From Stylophora pistillata (taxonomy: Eukaryota): a DNA stretch of 64,000 nucleotides. Position 1 is the first letter of the stretch; each line of letters begins with the position of its first letter. This document shows positions 24,048 through 37,254 of this stretch, piece by piece. The position numbers were made by a program, and so were the translations under genes. The notes under the pieces are model-generated. The model did no database searches. It was not told the DNA's origin and worked only from the letters and a program-made list of their open reading frames with translations. The DNA lies in the NCBI RefSeq assembly GCF_002571385.2, contig NW_019218308.1, positions 69,620 to 133,619 on the forward strand, written 5' to 3'.

Positions 24048-26939
24048 TTAGATCGGGGGCTTTAAAGTTATCATACACGTCAATAGGATAGCACGCAACC
24101 AAACACAAATACTCTGGGGTAGCACACTGTAAGAGACCCCTCCGTTAGCTTGAGCGACAAATGAAATTTTCGCAAGAGGTCTAAACATCCAATCGTTCGA
24201 CATGCGGCGAACAATTGTTTCAGACGGCTTCCATCTGTGGTCCCAGACCTTCACGTCCTCGTCTTTATAAGAGATTCTTCCAAAACGCATGACCGTATCC
24301 AGCAGTACGGTACCTTCGAGAAATTCCGGTCGGGAATCGATAGGAACTGGCCTGAGCCCTAATTAGATTAAAACATAGATTTATAAAAAATAAAAACAAA
24401 TAACCTTTACTGGGTATTTCGGACTTGGCTTAATACTAAGAAGCTGGGGTTGGGAGAAAACAACATGGTGCTTGGAATTAGAATTTACTTCAATTTAGGA
24501 CTTCGGTTTTGGAGCTTAAAATGGGAGACTGTTGAGAAGGTGGAAAAGGGCTTTGAACCTTAGAATTTGGTTCTAAATTGATACCACGAGACGTATTAAA
24601 TTGGAAACTGCGATCAACAACGATGGCTGACATTGATGAGTGAACAATCACGAAACAGGCTTGTAGGATTGAAAACGTAGTCAACGTATTTTTCTACTCA
24701 ACATATGTTGTACTCTACTGTTATGTATCGAGCACAGTTACACGGAAAAATCGAAACGCAGAAAAGAAAAGGTGGAATATTATTTTAAGCAGCTACACTA
24801 TGATATTGAAAAAAAAAATAGTATTTCGGCTGGTTTCGTCTGGCTTTATTTTCAGTAATAATAATTTACTCTCGCCTATGCTTGCTTATAAATGAGAGTT
24901 TCAGTTTTACCTTCAGAAGTGGATTCCTGGAGCAAAATTGAGGACCCTCCTTTTCCTTCTTCTTGACCTGTCTGCCTTTTTTGGGTTGCTAGAAGAGGTT
25001 CTTTGTCATCATAAATATCGTCCTGCAGGATACAAAGAAAAAAAATTTCAACAAATTTGAATGAAAAGGATGAGGAATGAATACTAAGAGTAGAGGGAAC
25101 GAAAGAAAAATGAATAAGTAAAAGCGGCCACTTATGAATGAGACTACACAAATGAGATTGATTAACAAATACAGGCTAGGAATGCTGGCTGAACATGTTG
25201 TAGAGGTTGTGATATACCATTTAACTCAGTATTTTAGCATAACTATTTACAATTTTCTCACACTGAAATCAATTAAAGAGTAGACAACAGTGATGGAAAG
25301 CGACTAAGGAGTAGACGTGATGGCTCTATTATGTATGTGATTCAATGCCTCAATCTGAATATTTGATTTGTAAATAGCACAAAGTATGGAAATTTTGAAA
25401 ATTACCAAATATTCAGATAGGAATGGAATATGATCAATGAGTAAAATTACATACGAATACCGATCTCATGGAGTTCTGGCGATGGTTAACTCTCTTTCCT
25501 CAGTATTTAAGTAGCGTTTTGAACCACGTGCATGGTAGATTGTCGATTAGCACAAATCAATACGAAAATATTAATCACGAGTCGAACCTCGTCCGCAGAA
25601 TCGCTGACTGGTGGGAAAAAGTTCGTAGACGACGAGGGCTCTAGGATTGCTATCGCTGGCTCTTGTTTTGGCACATACTGGAACTTCAGTCCTTTCTTAC
25701 AAGGGTCGAGGTAATGCTCTAGTGCTTTTTCGTGGATCTCTCTGTGTCCCTTGTTCCAAGAAAAAATGAAGCTCTTTCTTCCATCGAGATACTCTGCCTT
25801 AAACTGTGTTTCCACTTTTCTTCGTGCCCAGCGAGAGATAACAACGCGGTCTTCTTCGTTTTCATCTTGGTATTCTTTATCGCTACCGATGACGATCAAT
25901 ACTTTATTTCCTTGTGGTAAAAGACACCCATCACACATAAGTGTTACACATTATATCTCTAAATAAATGATATTTAAAGTAGTTCGCCCTGATTCAAGGA
26001 CAGTTCGGGTTTTATATTTCCCATTGTCTTACAATGTACGTACTCACCCTCCTTCGCACCAAAACAACATTTGAAGAAACGCAGGCTTTGGATAAAGTAT
26101 GGAAGGTGGATCATCTGTAAATGACACTTTTCGGGCCACGTTACTTATTGATTTAGAAAAGTCGTCTTTAATTATCATTCATCTATCCATTTTTCAGTGA
26201 TAAGACAGTAATATTGATTTGACTTTCCCGGTAGAAAGGCTTGCAAGGTAAAGTGGAGGTGTTAACTATACGTATCAAGGTGAACTTTGATATCGCGACC
26301 CAGCGCGCACTTTCAGATCTCGAATAATGATAATTTTGCATTTTTCCTTTTGTTAACTTGCTGTAACACCAGTCTCGCCCATTTTGCTTAATTTTCCATT
26401 TACGCGCACAGACGCACACACATACACATATTAACCGAGAGCAGGACAAATCAGGAAAGAAATCGAAAACCGCATGCAGCTCATGGGAATACCAGATGGT
26501 TACGATAACTTTCTTTGAAACAGACCTCTCATACCATTTTCGATATCTCAATACGTTAGGTGTTCATTAGAAAAGAATAACGATACGAAATCACTGCACA
26601 AAAATACTGCAATTACTTGAACGTTACAGTCGACCTACCAGTCGCTTGTAGCAAAGTTCTGTAAATCTTCGCGTAGCCAATACCAGCGTTGTCTTCGTTG
26701 ATTGAGAGGCGAGATTCGTTTGCGTGGACAACAAAGACGGCATAATCCATCTGTAGCATTGGAATGGTCCTTTCACACACATCTTGCATTTCATGTAGGC
26801 GAAAATTTCGCTTATCGACCAATATTTTGATGTTAAGATTGTTTGCCACTTTGACCAACAAGGTTTCTACTGAGTCCAATTTATATGTTTTATCACAGTT
26901 AAAAAGGTGAAACTTCACTACCTTCACTGGACTCGCCAT
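24048..26939 (-). CDS. Family gene 5: TIR-like domain + C-domain with truncated tail (~348 aa)
   Basis: Exons 26939-26639, 25910-25588, 25022-24911, 24358-24048. Similarity to gene 4 stops abruptly after AILLT (~24078). Confidence 0.78.
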
Positions 26940-28185
26940 CTTTCTTCAGTACTATTAGAGTGCTTTCGGTGAATGCGTTTCGCTAGCCTGCCAAAAGACT
27001 TCGTTTACAGCAGTATGGCGACCATTTGGCTTTGTGTAAAGTCCATTCGTCTTTCTCGGAAATTCAATTCGTCACGCAATACTCTCACTCTTTTTAAAAT
27101 TTACTTCCGGTTTTTTTCAGAACCCAATAACTCGTATTTCAGTGTTGTTGAAATGATTTTCTGGTGGCTGGGACCTGAGAGTCAAATCTAGAAAGGGTCT
27201 GCGAAGTGTTCAGGTCCAAAAATATGTTTCAAAGTAATAATTTCTTTTGAACTTATTCCCAGAAATTACTATTCTACGAATGCATTGCTTCATTCAATGG
27301 TTTGTATTGAAAGCTTCGACGTCATGAGGCATCAAAATTATGGGTAATGCACTCATGTTTTCTAACGTAAAGAGCTTATTTTGAAAAGAGTACGACATGG
27401 ATGATTTCCACGTAAAGAAAGATTAATACCTTGACGACAATGAGCTCTGATAAGAACATATCTCAATTTCTTATGCCTTCTTAATCCCTCTAGTTGGTCA
27501 CCGCGGAAACTTTTTTCAAGCAGTGTATCCTCGTAGAGTTCATAATATCAAGCCATCCGCCAACGGATGGAATATTTGATAAATGATAATTGTTGGAATG
27601 AAGGGATCCCAATGCCGCAGGAACATGTACATGATCACTCGTTCATTATAACAATAAGAGAAGAAAAAAAAAAATAAAAAGCCGAAGTCGTAAGTTCCTG
27701 TTTAAATCTCAAATTATGCATAAACCCCTTTATTTAAAAGTTCACAGTTTAAATCGTTCCACCACAAGCGTCAAAAAGTAAAAAAACCTACCGGCTAAAA
27801 AATAACATCATATCTACACTTAAGATACTATACCTGCACTACACATTGATTCACCCTTCAGCCCTATCATGTTTTAATAGACAGTCATATTTACCTTATT
27901 TTAAGCGTCGAGCATTTAAAAAAACCTCATTTATATCATTATAACTTACTTTTTTCCCTTTGTATAACGACGTCTTTATGTATTCAGCAAAAACACAGCA
28001 GTTTGAAATTAAAAATATAACTTGTTACGATTAAAAATAAACTAACGTTACTGAAGATTATCCATTTTTACACAGTCGTTTATCTTTGAGTTGGAGGTAT
28101 TACAAGTTGTTATTCTATTCACTGTTATTCTTGACGTTGTTTATAATCGATTACTGAACAGGCTCACAGACACACAGAAACATAT

Positions 28186-31100
28186 CTATTTGTTACATGC
28201 ATTGCAACAACAATCGCAACGACAGTTGCAACAACAATCGCAACAACATGCCCTTGCACAATTGTAAATGGCTAACCAGCAAGACCAGAGCCGGTTATTA
28301 AAAACATTCGATCGATCTGAGGGCTCAAATCTTTTCCAAAATCTTCGTCTTTCTTTGGTAACGTGACAATTTACCCTACCAAATTCACTGACAATGAATT
28401 GCACTTTTGCATCACGGACCGATTTCCAATCTCGCTCCAAGACTTCTACGGTCTCTTCAGATGGCAGCCATATTTTTCCATAACGCATGTGTGTTTCAAC
28501 CAGCAAGGTTCCCTTCTGGTGGTCTACTGAAGCAGATACTGCGTCTGCGCCTAAGGTGGCTGCCAAAGGGTAAAAAGTATCATTTCATGAAATCAGTCGT
28601 GTGCGGTCGACCTTCAATAACACGGCTACCCTGGTAATAGAGGGAAGTGGTCGTTTCAGAGTGAAGGCTGTCATAGAGAAGGAAAGGTTCGGAAGGTGTA
28701 TCATTTGTTTTCTTTAAAGTGTTCAGTGTACAATAAAAATACAGGACATGATCAATAAATTTATTTAATCAGAAAGAAATTTCAGGGGAAACGCCCCCCA
28801 AAAAGCAAAACACGAGTAAAACTGATAGTGATAATACGTATAAATTTGCATTTAGTAATTGCAAAGATGTTATTCTCTTTTTCATAAAGTTTGTCTGCCG
28901 GGCCTGAGTGTTTGCACAAGTGAAGTTTTCTTGCATTTTACGGCACCAATGTCTAGCTACAAAGCCAACTAACTTTGAAGAAAGGTTACGTTCTCCAGCT
29001 AGAGCGCTTTTCACTTGCCACTGCGAAGAGATGGCTGTTGTAGTAGTGTTTAAATGAAAGGAAGGGTGTAGACTGTCTGCCGCGACAAATAATTGAGCCG
29101 CTGTATAGAAAAGTCCGTCACTGGATGGCTCGACTGCATCTACAGTGAGCTTGGGCTTACCAATGTTATAATAGCAGTGTGCAATTCCCCCCTATCTCAG
29201 TCAGGTCCTTCACCAAGACGAATTCATTTGTAAATTTCACTTTCGGAAATGGCGGGGTGGAAGAAAGGAATGGAAGATAATGCTGAAGGACATTGTTACT
29301 GGGATTGAAACATGAGGGAGGAATGTCGACGAAAGATCACGAACCGCGCTGTACATGGTTTTCGTAAAAGCCGTACTTAAGCTTGTCCAAATAAAACTCG
29401 ATAAAAGGAGTACATAAAATAAGTAATCATTGATTACCTCCATAACATTTTTGCCTCTCCTTTTTGATTGAGTCATTCTCAAGATCCAGCTCATCATTCT
29501 CCACGAACAAATCACAGGCGCCTATATTTATAACCTGTTTGGGGAAAATAATTTAACATTGACTACTTTAGAGATATGCTCTATTATATATTTTCTTGAA
29601 GAAATAACGATAACATTAATTATGCACTGAGTTTTCGTTGGCGAACTATGCTATTATCGTCTGTTTTTGTTCTAAACTACACAGCCCCTTTTTAAAAATT
29701 GATGTCATTTTTTTCACAGCCGCTACTTTGCGACGAGTAACATTCAACGTTATCCAAGAGGACCATTTTGCAGATTGCAAATGAGTAGAAAATTGTGCCT
29801 GACCATACCTCCTTTGAACTATCAGTGGTTTCAGGAGCAGCAGGTGTTGGTTTCGGCTCATACCGAAACTTCTCTCCTCTCTTATTAGGATTAAGGTAGT
29901 ACTCTAACGCCTCTTCATGAATTTCTCTGTGCTCTTTATTCCAAGAAAAAATGAAGCTCTCTCTTCCATCAAAATACTCCTCATCAAACTGAGACGCCAC
30001 CTTTCTTCGTACCCAGCGTGAGATAACAAACTGTTCTTTTTCATCTTCATCTTTATAATATTTATCTCCACCAATGATGATCAATACTTTATCTCCTTGA
30101 ATTAAAAGTCAGTGTTAGACAAATTACTTAGGGTTTTTCATATTTGTTAGGGCCTCACCTTGCACGTTCTTGCCCCTTTTGACTGAACCACATTAACAGA
30201 GCCCTTGGAAAGAAAGGTAGGCTTATTTAGTTTGAAAATACGGAAGGTGGATCATTTAGATTAAAAAATAATTGAGTCTGTCAATAAACTCGTTTATGAC
30301 TGTTTGACACGAGTGTCTGTAGTCTGACTGGAATAACTAGAATTTTTTAATAAATAATTTATTTCTTATAAAGCGGGTAAATGACGATGAAAGACTAAAG
30401 GGGGTTCTTTAAGGAAAATTACATGTCTCAACTGACCCGCGACGGAGTTCATTTGGGTCGAAGAAAGTTTTAGGTAAAGGGAAATTTAGGGAATATAACT
30501 TTATTCTCTCCAGAAATATAGGACATCACCGTCAGGCTTGCGAGGTAGAAATGTCACAACTAATCCGTGAAAGCGGAAGTGTTAAATATGCATATCAAGG
30601 TGAAATCTGATCTGAGCTTATGAATCTCTGACCTGCAATTTCAAATCTAGAAAAATGGTCATTTTGCACATTTTCTTATGTTCCACTTATTTCGCTCAAG
30701 TTTTTGTAAGAGCCAGATCTTAGAACAATTCGGCAATACTGAATCGTGAACCACGTCGCTTCAAGTAATACGTGCCAAACTATTTCGATCATTTACAGAA
30801 GAAAGAACTGAATCTCTGTAGTACAATGTATACTAGGCCAGCAGAATCAAATAAAAAACAAGTACATCCGGGAACTTTAAGGATAGAGAGCGAATGGGAA
30901 AGCGAGCGAGTCTATAGCTTTGTGTGCTAATATTAAAGCTCTTGCTTTGAAGCCTTTGCGGCTTCCTTTTGTAGTATACAACTCTATAATCCCTTAAATT
31001 ACTTTCGATATTTCAATGCAATAAGCGACCAAAAAAAAAGATAACAATGACAATACACATTCTCATCATTGCAATTATTTGACTTACCAGTCGCTTGCAG

Positions 31101-31388
31101 CAAAGCTTTGTAGATTTTCGCGTAGCCAATACCAGCGTTCTCTTCGTTGATGGAGAGACGAGATTCGTCTGCGTGGATAACGAAGATAGCATAATCCATT
31201 TGTTGCATGGGAATAGTCTTTCCACATACGTCCGACATTTCACGAAGGCCAAAGTAGCACTTATCAACCAATATTTTGAGGTTAAGTTTGTTTGCCACTT
31301 TTTGCAGCAAGGTTTCTACAGAGTCCAAGTTATACGTTTTATCACAGTTAAAGAGACTAAACTTCATCAACCTGACCGGGAACGTCAT
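28186..31388 (-). CDS. Family gene 6: TIR-like domain + shortened C-domain + cysteine string (~349 aa)
   Basis: Exons 31388-31088, 30095-29809, 29534-29438, 28550-28186. Ends ACCCDCCCNCRCDCCCNACNK. Confidence 0.8.
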
Positions 31389-32884
31389 TTCGATGCCTAC
31401 GTTTTGTTGTCTTGCTACAAAACTTGGTTTACTATTGAATGGCGTCCATTCGGTTTTGTCTAAAGTCCACTCGTCTTTCTCGGAAATTCAACTCGTCACG
31501 CGACACACTCGCTTTACTAGATATTTTAACACTTCCGGTTTTCTGAACTATGTTGGATTTCAGTGTTGCTCCTCTCTTTTCGTCTCTGTAAAAGCATCTG
31601 AATCGAGAAATGATTACTTGGTGGCCAGGGTCTGAGTGTTGTGTACCAAAACTATGCTTAATTATAAGGACCATTCGGTTCAAACGAAGTTCAAGTAAAT
31701 ATTTTTTCTGATATCTTCCAATTCCCGATTTCTGAGGTCGTCAAGACTGAGAAGCTTCAGAATGCATTAACATTTAGCTTATTATGGCACATGTTCTTTC
31801 GTGTAAGTAGTAGTGATACACTACAAAACTCACGTTATGGCTGATTTCCAGGTTAAAGAAAGTGAATTCTTCATCCTTTCTTCTTCCCTATGGCTTGCAT
31901 CCCCGTCGAGTTTATTAAACGAGCAAGATCACTCTAAAATCGAGGTATCCTTCAAACTGGCACTTTATTATCATAGCCCGGAAAAACATCATAGAGGCAG
32001 TATTCACACTGGCAGACTACTATTTCGTTACAACTAATTCGTTAATAATAAAGACCAAGATAGTCAACAAAAGATCAACTAACATAACCAACATAATGAA
32101 TAACAACGGAAGCGACCGAACTTGAAAACAAAAGCTGCTCAGTTCGACTACATGAATTGTCCCTTAAAGAAAACAAACGATTGTCCTCTTAAACTAATCG
32201 AAAGCACAACTTATTATCCAATTAATTATTAGGCAGGTTTACCACATTCATGCAGGAAATTCAAAAGTAGCGGACTACTCCCACAATCACATGCCAAAAG
32301 TGTACAAACACGTCGAAAGATGTATTACAAGATTACCTTCATGCATCGAAAAGTTAAAGATAAAGTTAACTTAGGTATCAATTAGCCTATCCTGGCTGAG
32401 CATATTTTGGTTGATTTCTGTGGCAAAAAAAAAAAACATTCGTGAGTAGATTGCCATTCCATCACGATTATCGCCCAGCATTTCGTTAAGTCTCCCTGAA
32501 AGTTTTCTGAAACTATTTTTACTCCTAGTTGGACTGATGTACTGAGCCGGAGTAAGGTGTCTTAGCTAAGAACACAACTCGATAACTGAAATAAACCTCG
32601 GGCCCGGACATGTCGATCCGGAGGCCAGTATACTAGCCATTTTTATCATCAAATCAACTGTTGCCTGAAAGCTATTGTGGTAAAGTAAAATGATCATCGT
32701 ATCTGAGAGGAGGATCATGAATTTCCAAGTAAAATTCTATACTCACATCAGTACAAACCTTGACTATATATCATAATTCCCCGAGATATAGGTCAAACGT
32801 AATCGTGATGACCTGTCAGTCATGATCTTAGAATGATAGGATAAATGCACATCGAATGTCGGCTAATCAGTATTTCTGCAAGAG

Positions 32885-35800
32885 TCAATATAATTTTCTC
32901 ATTGTTTGTAAAGCCCAGGTTACTGGTTGGCTAATTGTGGTTTTAAATCGCTCGACTTTCGTTGTAACCTCTTCTATAAACAACTCATACCACCCACAAA
33001 AATATCCAGAAAACTCAAACGTCGACATGCAAGTCCATAAGATCTGAAAAAAACGTATGTATAAACTGTAAGAAAATAACGAAGACAAGACATTCTGAGG
33101 TCGCACACTAGAAGATACCCCACCGTTGGCTGTAGCAACAAATCTAACGTTCGCAAGAGGTCTCAACATCCAATCGTTCGACAGGTGGCGAACCATTGTT
33201 TCAGACGGCTGCCATCTGCGATCCCAGACCTTCAAGTCTTCTTCTTCATAAGAGATTCTTCCAAAACACATGATCGTGTCCAGCAGAACGGTACCTTCGA
33301 GATAGCACGGTGAGGCATCGACAGGTCCTCGTCTTGTGAGCCCTAAAGTTTTTTCGAAAATAAAATTCGTTTGGGGCCTTTAATTTCTTTACAGTAAGCA
33401 CCATACTAAGACTTGTGACACGGGTTTCAGCAAACGTTTTCTTGTATTAGAACTACTTTTAGTAAGAGAAATTATTATAATTTTGATAAAGAGTTTATTC
33501 GTTAATCGGACGCCAATGCCAAATAACTATTCTTAGTGAGGATTAAATGAGAGGAAATCTTTAATTCTCTGAAGCATTTTCAAAGGGAGCAACCATCTCT
33601 CCTTATAAACTTTGATAACAGGAGTTCTTGAACCGTGGACCGATCCACTCAGACATAACTTTACCCACACAACTCGATTCCTTTGAACTCACCACTTTCC
33701 TGCCGAGGGCAGTATCTATCTTGAGGAGGTTCCTTGTCATCATCGATCCCCTACAGCGTCACAAAATGAATGAAGAGAACGGCGAATGAATTATAAAGAA
33801 AGAAATGAAAAATAAAAAAGAAGGAAGAGGACTAATGCAGAAGAAGGATACAAGGACGAATCAGTATGGAACGAAAACAAAAAACTGATTGACCATTTGA
33901 AAAACTAAACTAAGTGAAACCAAAACAAAAAAGGCAAAATTAAAACCAAAACAAAGGAAATAAATGTAGATTAAAGCAATAAAGTATCTGGGTATCAAAT
34001 TCGCCATTCATATGATTGTAATGAAAGGCAAGGAAGTAAGTCTGATGGTTCTACTATGTATGTGACTTTGGCCACAATACGTGCACCTCTTCATAGGAAG
34101 AATCGGCTGCAGAATTCCTCACTTCAAGTTATTTGATTTCTCTGCTAGATTTGACACATAAAATTTGCTCATCAAGGAAACAGCAAAACCCCCTGCTGCG
34201 ACAAAATGAATTTGCTTCTCGGCACTAAGTAAACAACTGGTTCTAGTATTCAATTAACAACTTTCTCTCACCAAGAGAAAAATCTTGCAGATTGCAAATG
34301 AGTAGAAAATAAGCATAGACCATACCCCCTTTGAACTATCAGTAGTTTCAGGAGCAGCAGGTGTTGGTTTTGGCTCATACTGAAACTTCTCTCCTCTCTT
34401 ACTAGGGTTGAGGTAGTGCTCCAAAGCCTCTTCATGGATTTCTCTGTGTCCTTCTTTCCAAGAAAAAATAAAACTTTTTCTTCCATCAAGATACTCCTCA
34501 TCAAACTGTGACGCCACTTTCCTTCGTGCCCAGCGTGAGATCACAACCTGTTCTTTTTCGTCTCCTCTGTAATTATCGTCGCCACCGATGACGATCAAGA
34601 CTTTGTCTCCTATAAGTACAGGACACGTAGTGTTACACATTACTTCCCTTACATTAAGGTGGAGGTGGCGTGGCCGGGTGGTTAGGGTGCTGGACTTGAA
34701 ATCCGGTGGCCCGGGTTCAAGTCCTCCATCCTGCCACTCAATGGATTTGTTCTCGGTTGCCCCTAGTTCAACTCTTCGGCTGCGCTTTGTAAATAGTTCA
34801 CTGGTCGCCTCCTGCCAGTGGGGATTTTTAAGTACTTAGTTAAAACTACATTGTGGCTGAAAAGCCCCTATGGGGGAGCCTCAATTAAGGTAAGTTATTA
34901 TTATTATATTATTAGAGACAGTTTAACCGAGAGTGACTTTTTATTGCTTGGTTGACAGGTTACACGCTCTACATCTCTCATCTAGCATATGTACCCCTTT
35001 CCACAGGATGACATCACCCCAACCCACAAAGAAGAAGAGACTGTAGGGGAAGAAGTAAGGAGGGAATTTAGAGTTACAAGGAAATGAATGGCCTAGAATA
35101 AATATTTCCGATTTATTATTTATGGTTTTTGATTATTTGTGAGCTGCCTGGAGTCCATGGGTATCTCCAGCATAAAACACATCATCATTTCTGAGCGATT
35201 TGACAAAGTTTTGACGTTTGTAGACGGGCGCGGTAGAGGAAGAGAGTTTCTTGTTTTTGAGAGCTTCAACCGAATGTCATATAGGCTATGAACAACCGAA
35301 ACCCTGAAAGAAGATTTAATTGTACAATTACGTCACTAATACATTTTGTTCCCAGTAAAAATCTCAATGAATCAGGGTTTGAAGATCTTTTTCCTTTTGT
35401 TTTAGTGATGCATATTCCTTAAGAGCTAAGATTCAAGAAAAGAAGTCTTTCACTTTATTTGAACACAAATTTTCCTGACAGATCAGCACGCCGAACGTTA
35501 AAATATTTCCTTCAGTTTCATTTTCTTTCTTTAAAAGTACAAAGTCCGGGGGCTTAAGGCAAAATGTGGATAGGTCGTAAGAATTATTATACTCATGACG
35601 GTAAAGAGTCAAATCTCAAATAATATCTAATCGAAACGGAAAGTGGTTATTTTTCGCTTTAACTCATTTTATTGTGGGCAGAAGAAAGTATTTAGGAAAG
35701 GAAAAACGAACATGACGGACGTTCTTCCACTGGGAATCATACGACAAGACAGGTGAGGGACTCGCAATGTATTATGGCACGTGGTGTCCTAGAAAGCGAA

Positions 35801-36535
35801 AGTTCTTACGCATCGCGATGGACTTTAATCTGAAAGTAAAGCATCTCGACCTAGGTTTTTTCCTGCTGTATAAAATAAAAACGGTTGTCATTCGGAGCAC
35901 CTCTAAGATGTTCAATTCACCTTAATGGGCCATGGATTTAGAATTTCTCTGCATTTGAATGTAAATGGTTTTCAAGAGTATTTTTAAATTAAGTACAGGT
36001 CATTGATCAGACATCAGAATTTTTGCATGGGTCATTTAGCATCACTATTATTATCAATAGCAGTAACGACGAATTCACTTTTATTCCTTTCTCCATTTCG
36101 CCAAAGCCAGCAGGATGTAACTTTTGCAAATAAACATTTGACAACATATGAATAATTCACCCCAAGAAAAAAGGCAATACATTGTCAGTGCACAAATATC
36201 AAGACAATCATTTCAATGTTTACAGTCGACCTACCAGTTGCTCGCAGCAAAGCTCTGTAGATCTTCGCGTAACCAATGCTAGCGTTGTCTTCGTTGATGG
36301 AGAGTCGTGACTCATGTGCATGGACTACAATGACGGCATAATCCATCTGTAGCTGAGGAATAATGTTTTCACACACATCCGACATTTCACGAAGGCGAAA
36401 ATTTCGCTTATCCACAAATATTTTGAGGTTAAGATTGCCTGCCATTTTAAGCAACAGGGTTTCCACTGAGTCCAACTCATAAGTTTCATCACAGTTAAAA
36501 AGATGGAACTTTATCAACCTTTCTGGGCTTGCCAT
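32885..36535 (-). CDS. Family gene 7: TIR-like domain + C-domain + aromatic/amphipathic tail (~366 aa)
   Basis: Exons 36535-36235, 34609-34326, 33750-33693, 33342-32885; phases consistent. Confidence 0.8.
34661..34895 (+). mobile_element. tRNA-derived SINE in intron 1 of gene 7
   Basis: A box TGGCCGGGTGG and B box GGTTCAAGTCC, with an (TTA)n tail. Confidence 0.7.
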
Positions 36536-37254
36536 GTTTCGACAATTCTTACTTTCAGGGAACCTTCAATGTATGCGTCTCCGTTCGCTGAGCTCAAAAC
36601 TTCGTTTACGAGCGAAAAGGTCTCAGTCAGTACAAAGTTCATTCGCCTTTCTCAGAACTTCAAACTGTCACGCAATAAATTTCTTCATCTCTTCGCTACT
36701 TCCGGTTTTTTCGTCTAACATCTCGTCCTTAATCACTCCTAATTTGGAACAACAGGAAGGGTCGAGAAATGATTTGATGCTAGCTAGGGCTTGTGTGCCT
36801 CAATGAAATATAATTATGTGTATCTCCGAGTCTATCAGAGCAAACCTATTGGCGGTATATAATGTTACTTATTGAGTTTCAATTCGCGAGTAGACGCTGC
36901 TGAGAAGACACTATCGTATATCTTCATTTGGTTTCTCTAGAAGGCTTTAGGTTCCAAATTTGAAGTGACTTTTGGTGATGATTACATTGAGAGACAAACG
37001 ATTATACTTCTTAGTTGGTACAGAGTGATCACCACGATGGATCACTGCAATGTTTCCAATTTTATTTGCAAAGGCTTTTTTTTCAGCCACGTGACAAAGT
37101 CAACATGGCAAGCTATTGTTTATGATTGGTGAAAATTGAACTCCTTTCTAAGAAATCGATCTGCAACGATCGATTCCATGATTCACAAAACGGTGGTAAA
37201 CATTAATTTCCTTATCACAAAACTCCCTCCTAAAGCACAAAGCAACTGGAGACA

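Noticed and set aside
28186-28260. Metallothionein gene
   Set aside because: The Cys run is the in-frame tail of gene 6's last exon, not a separate gene.
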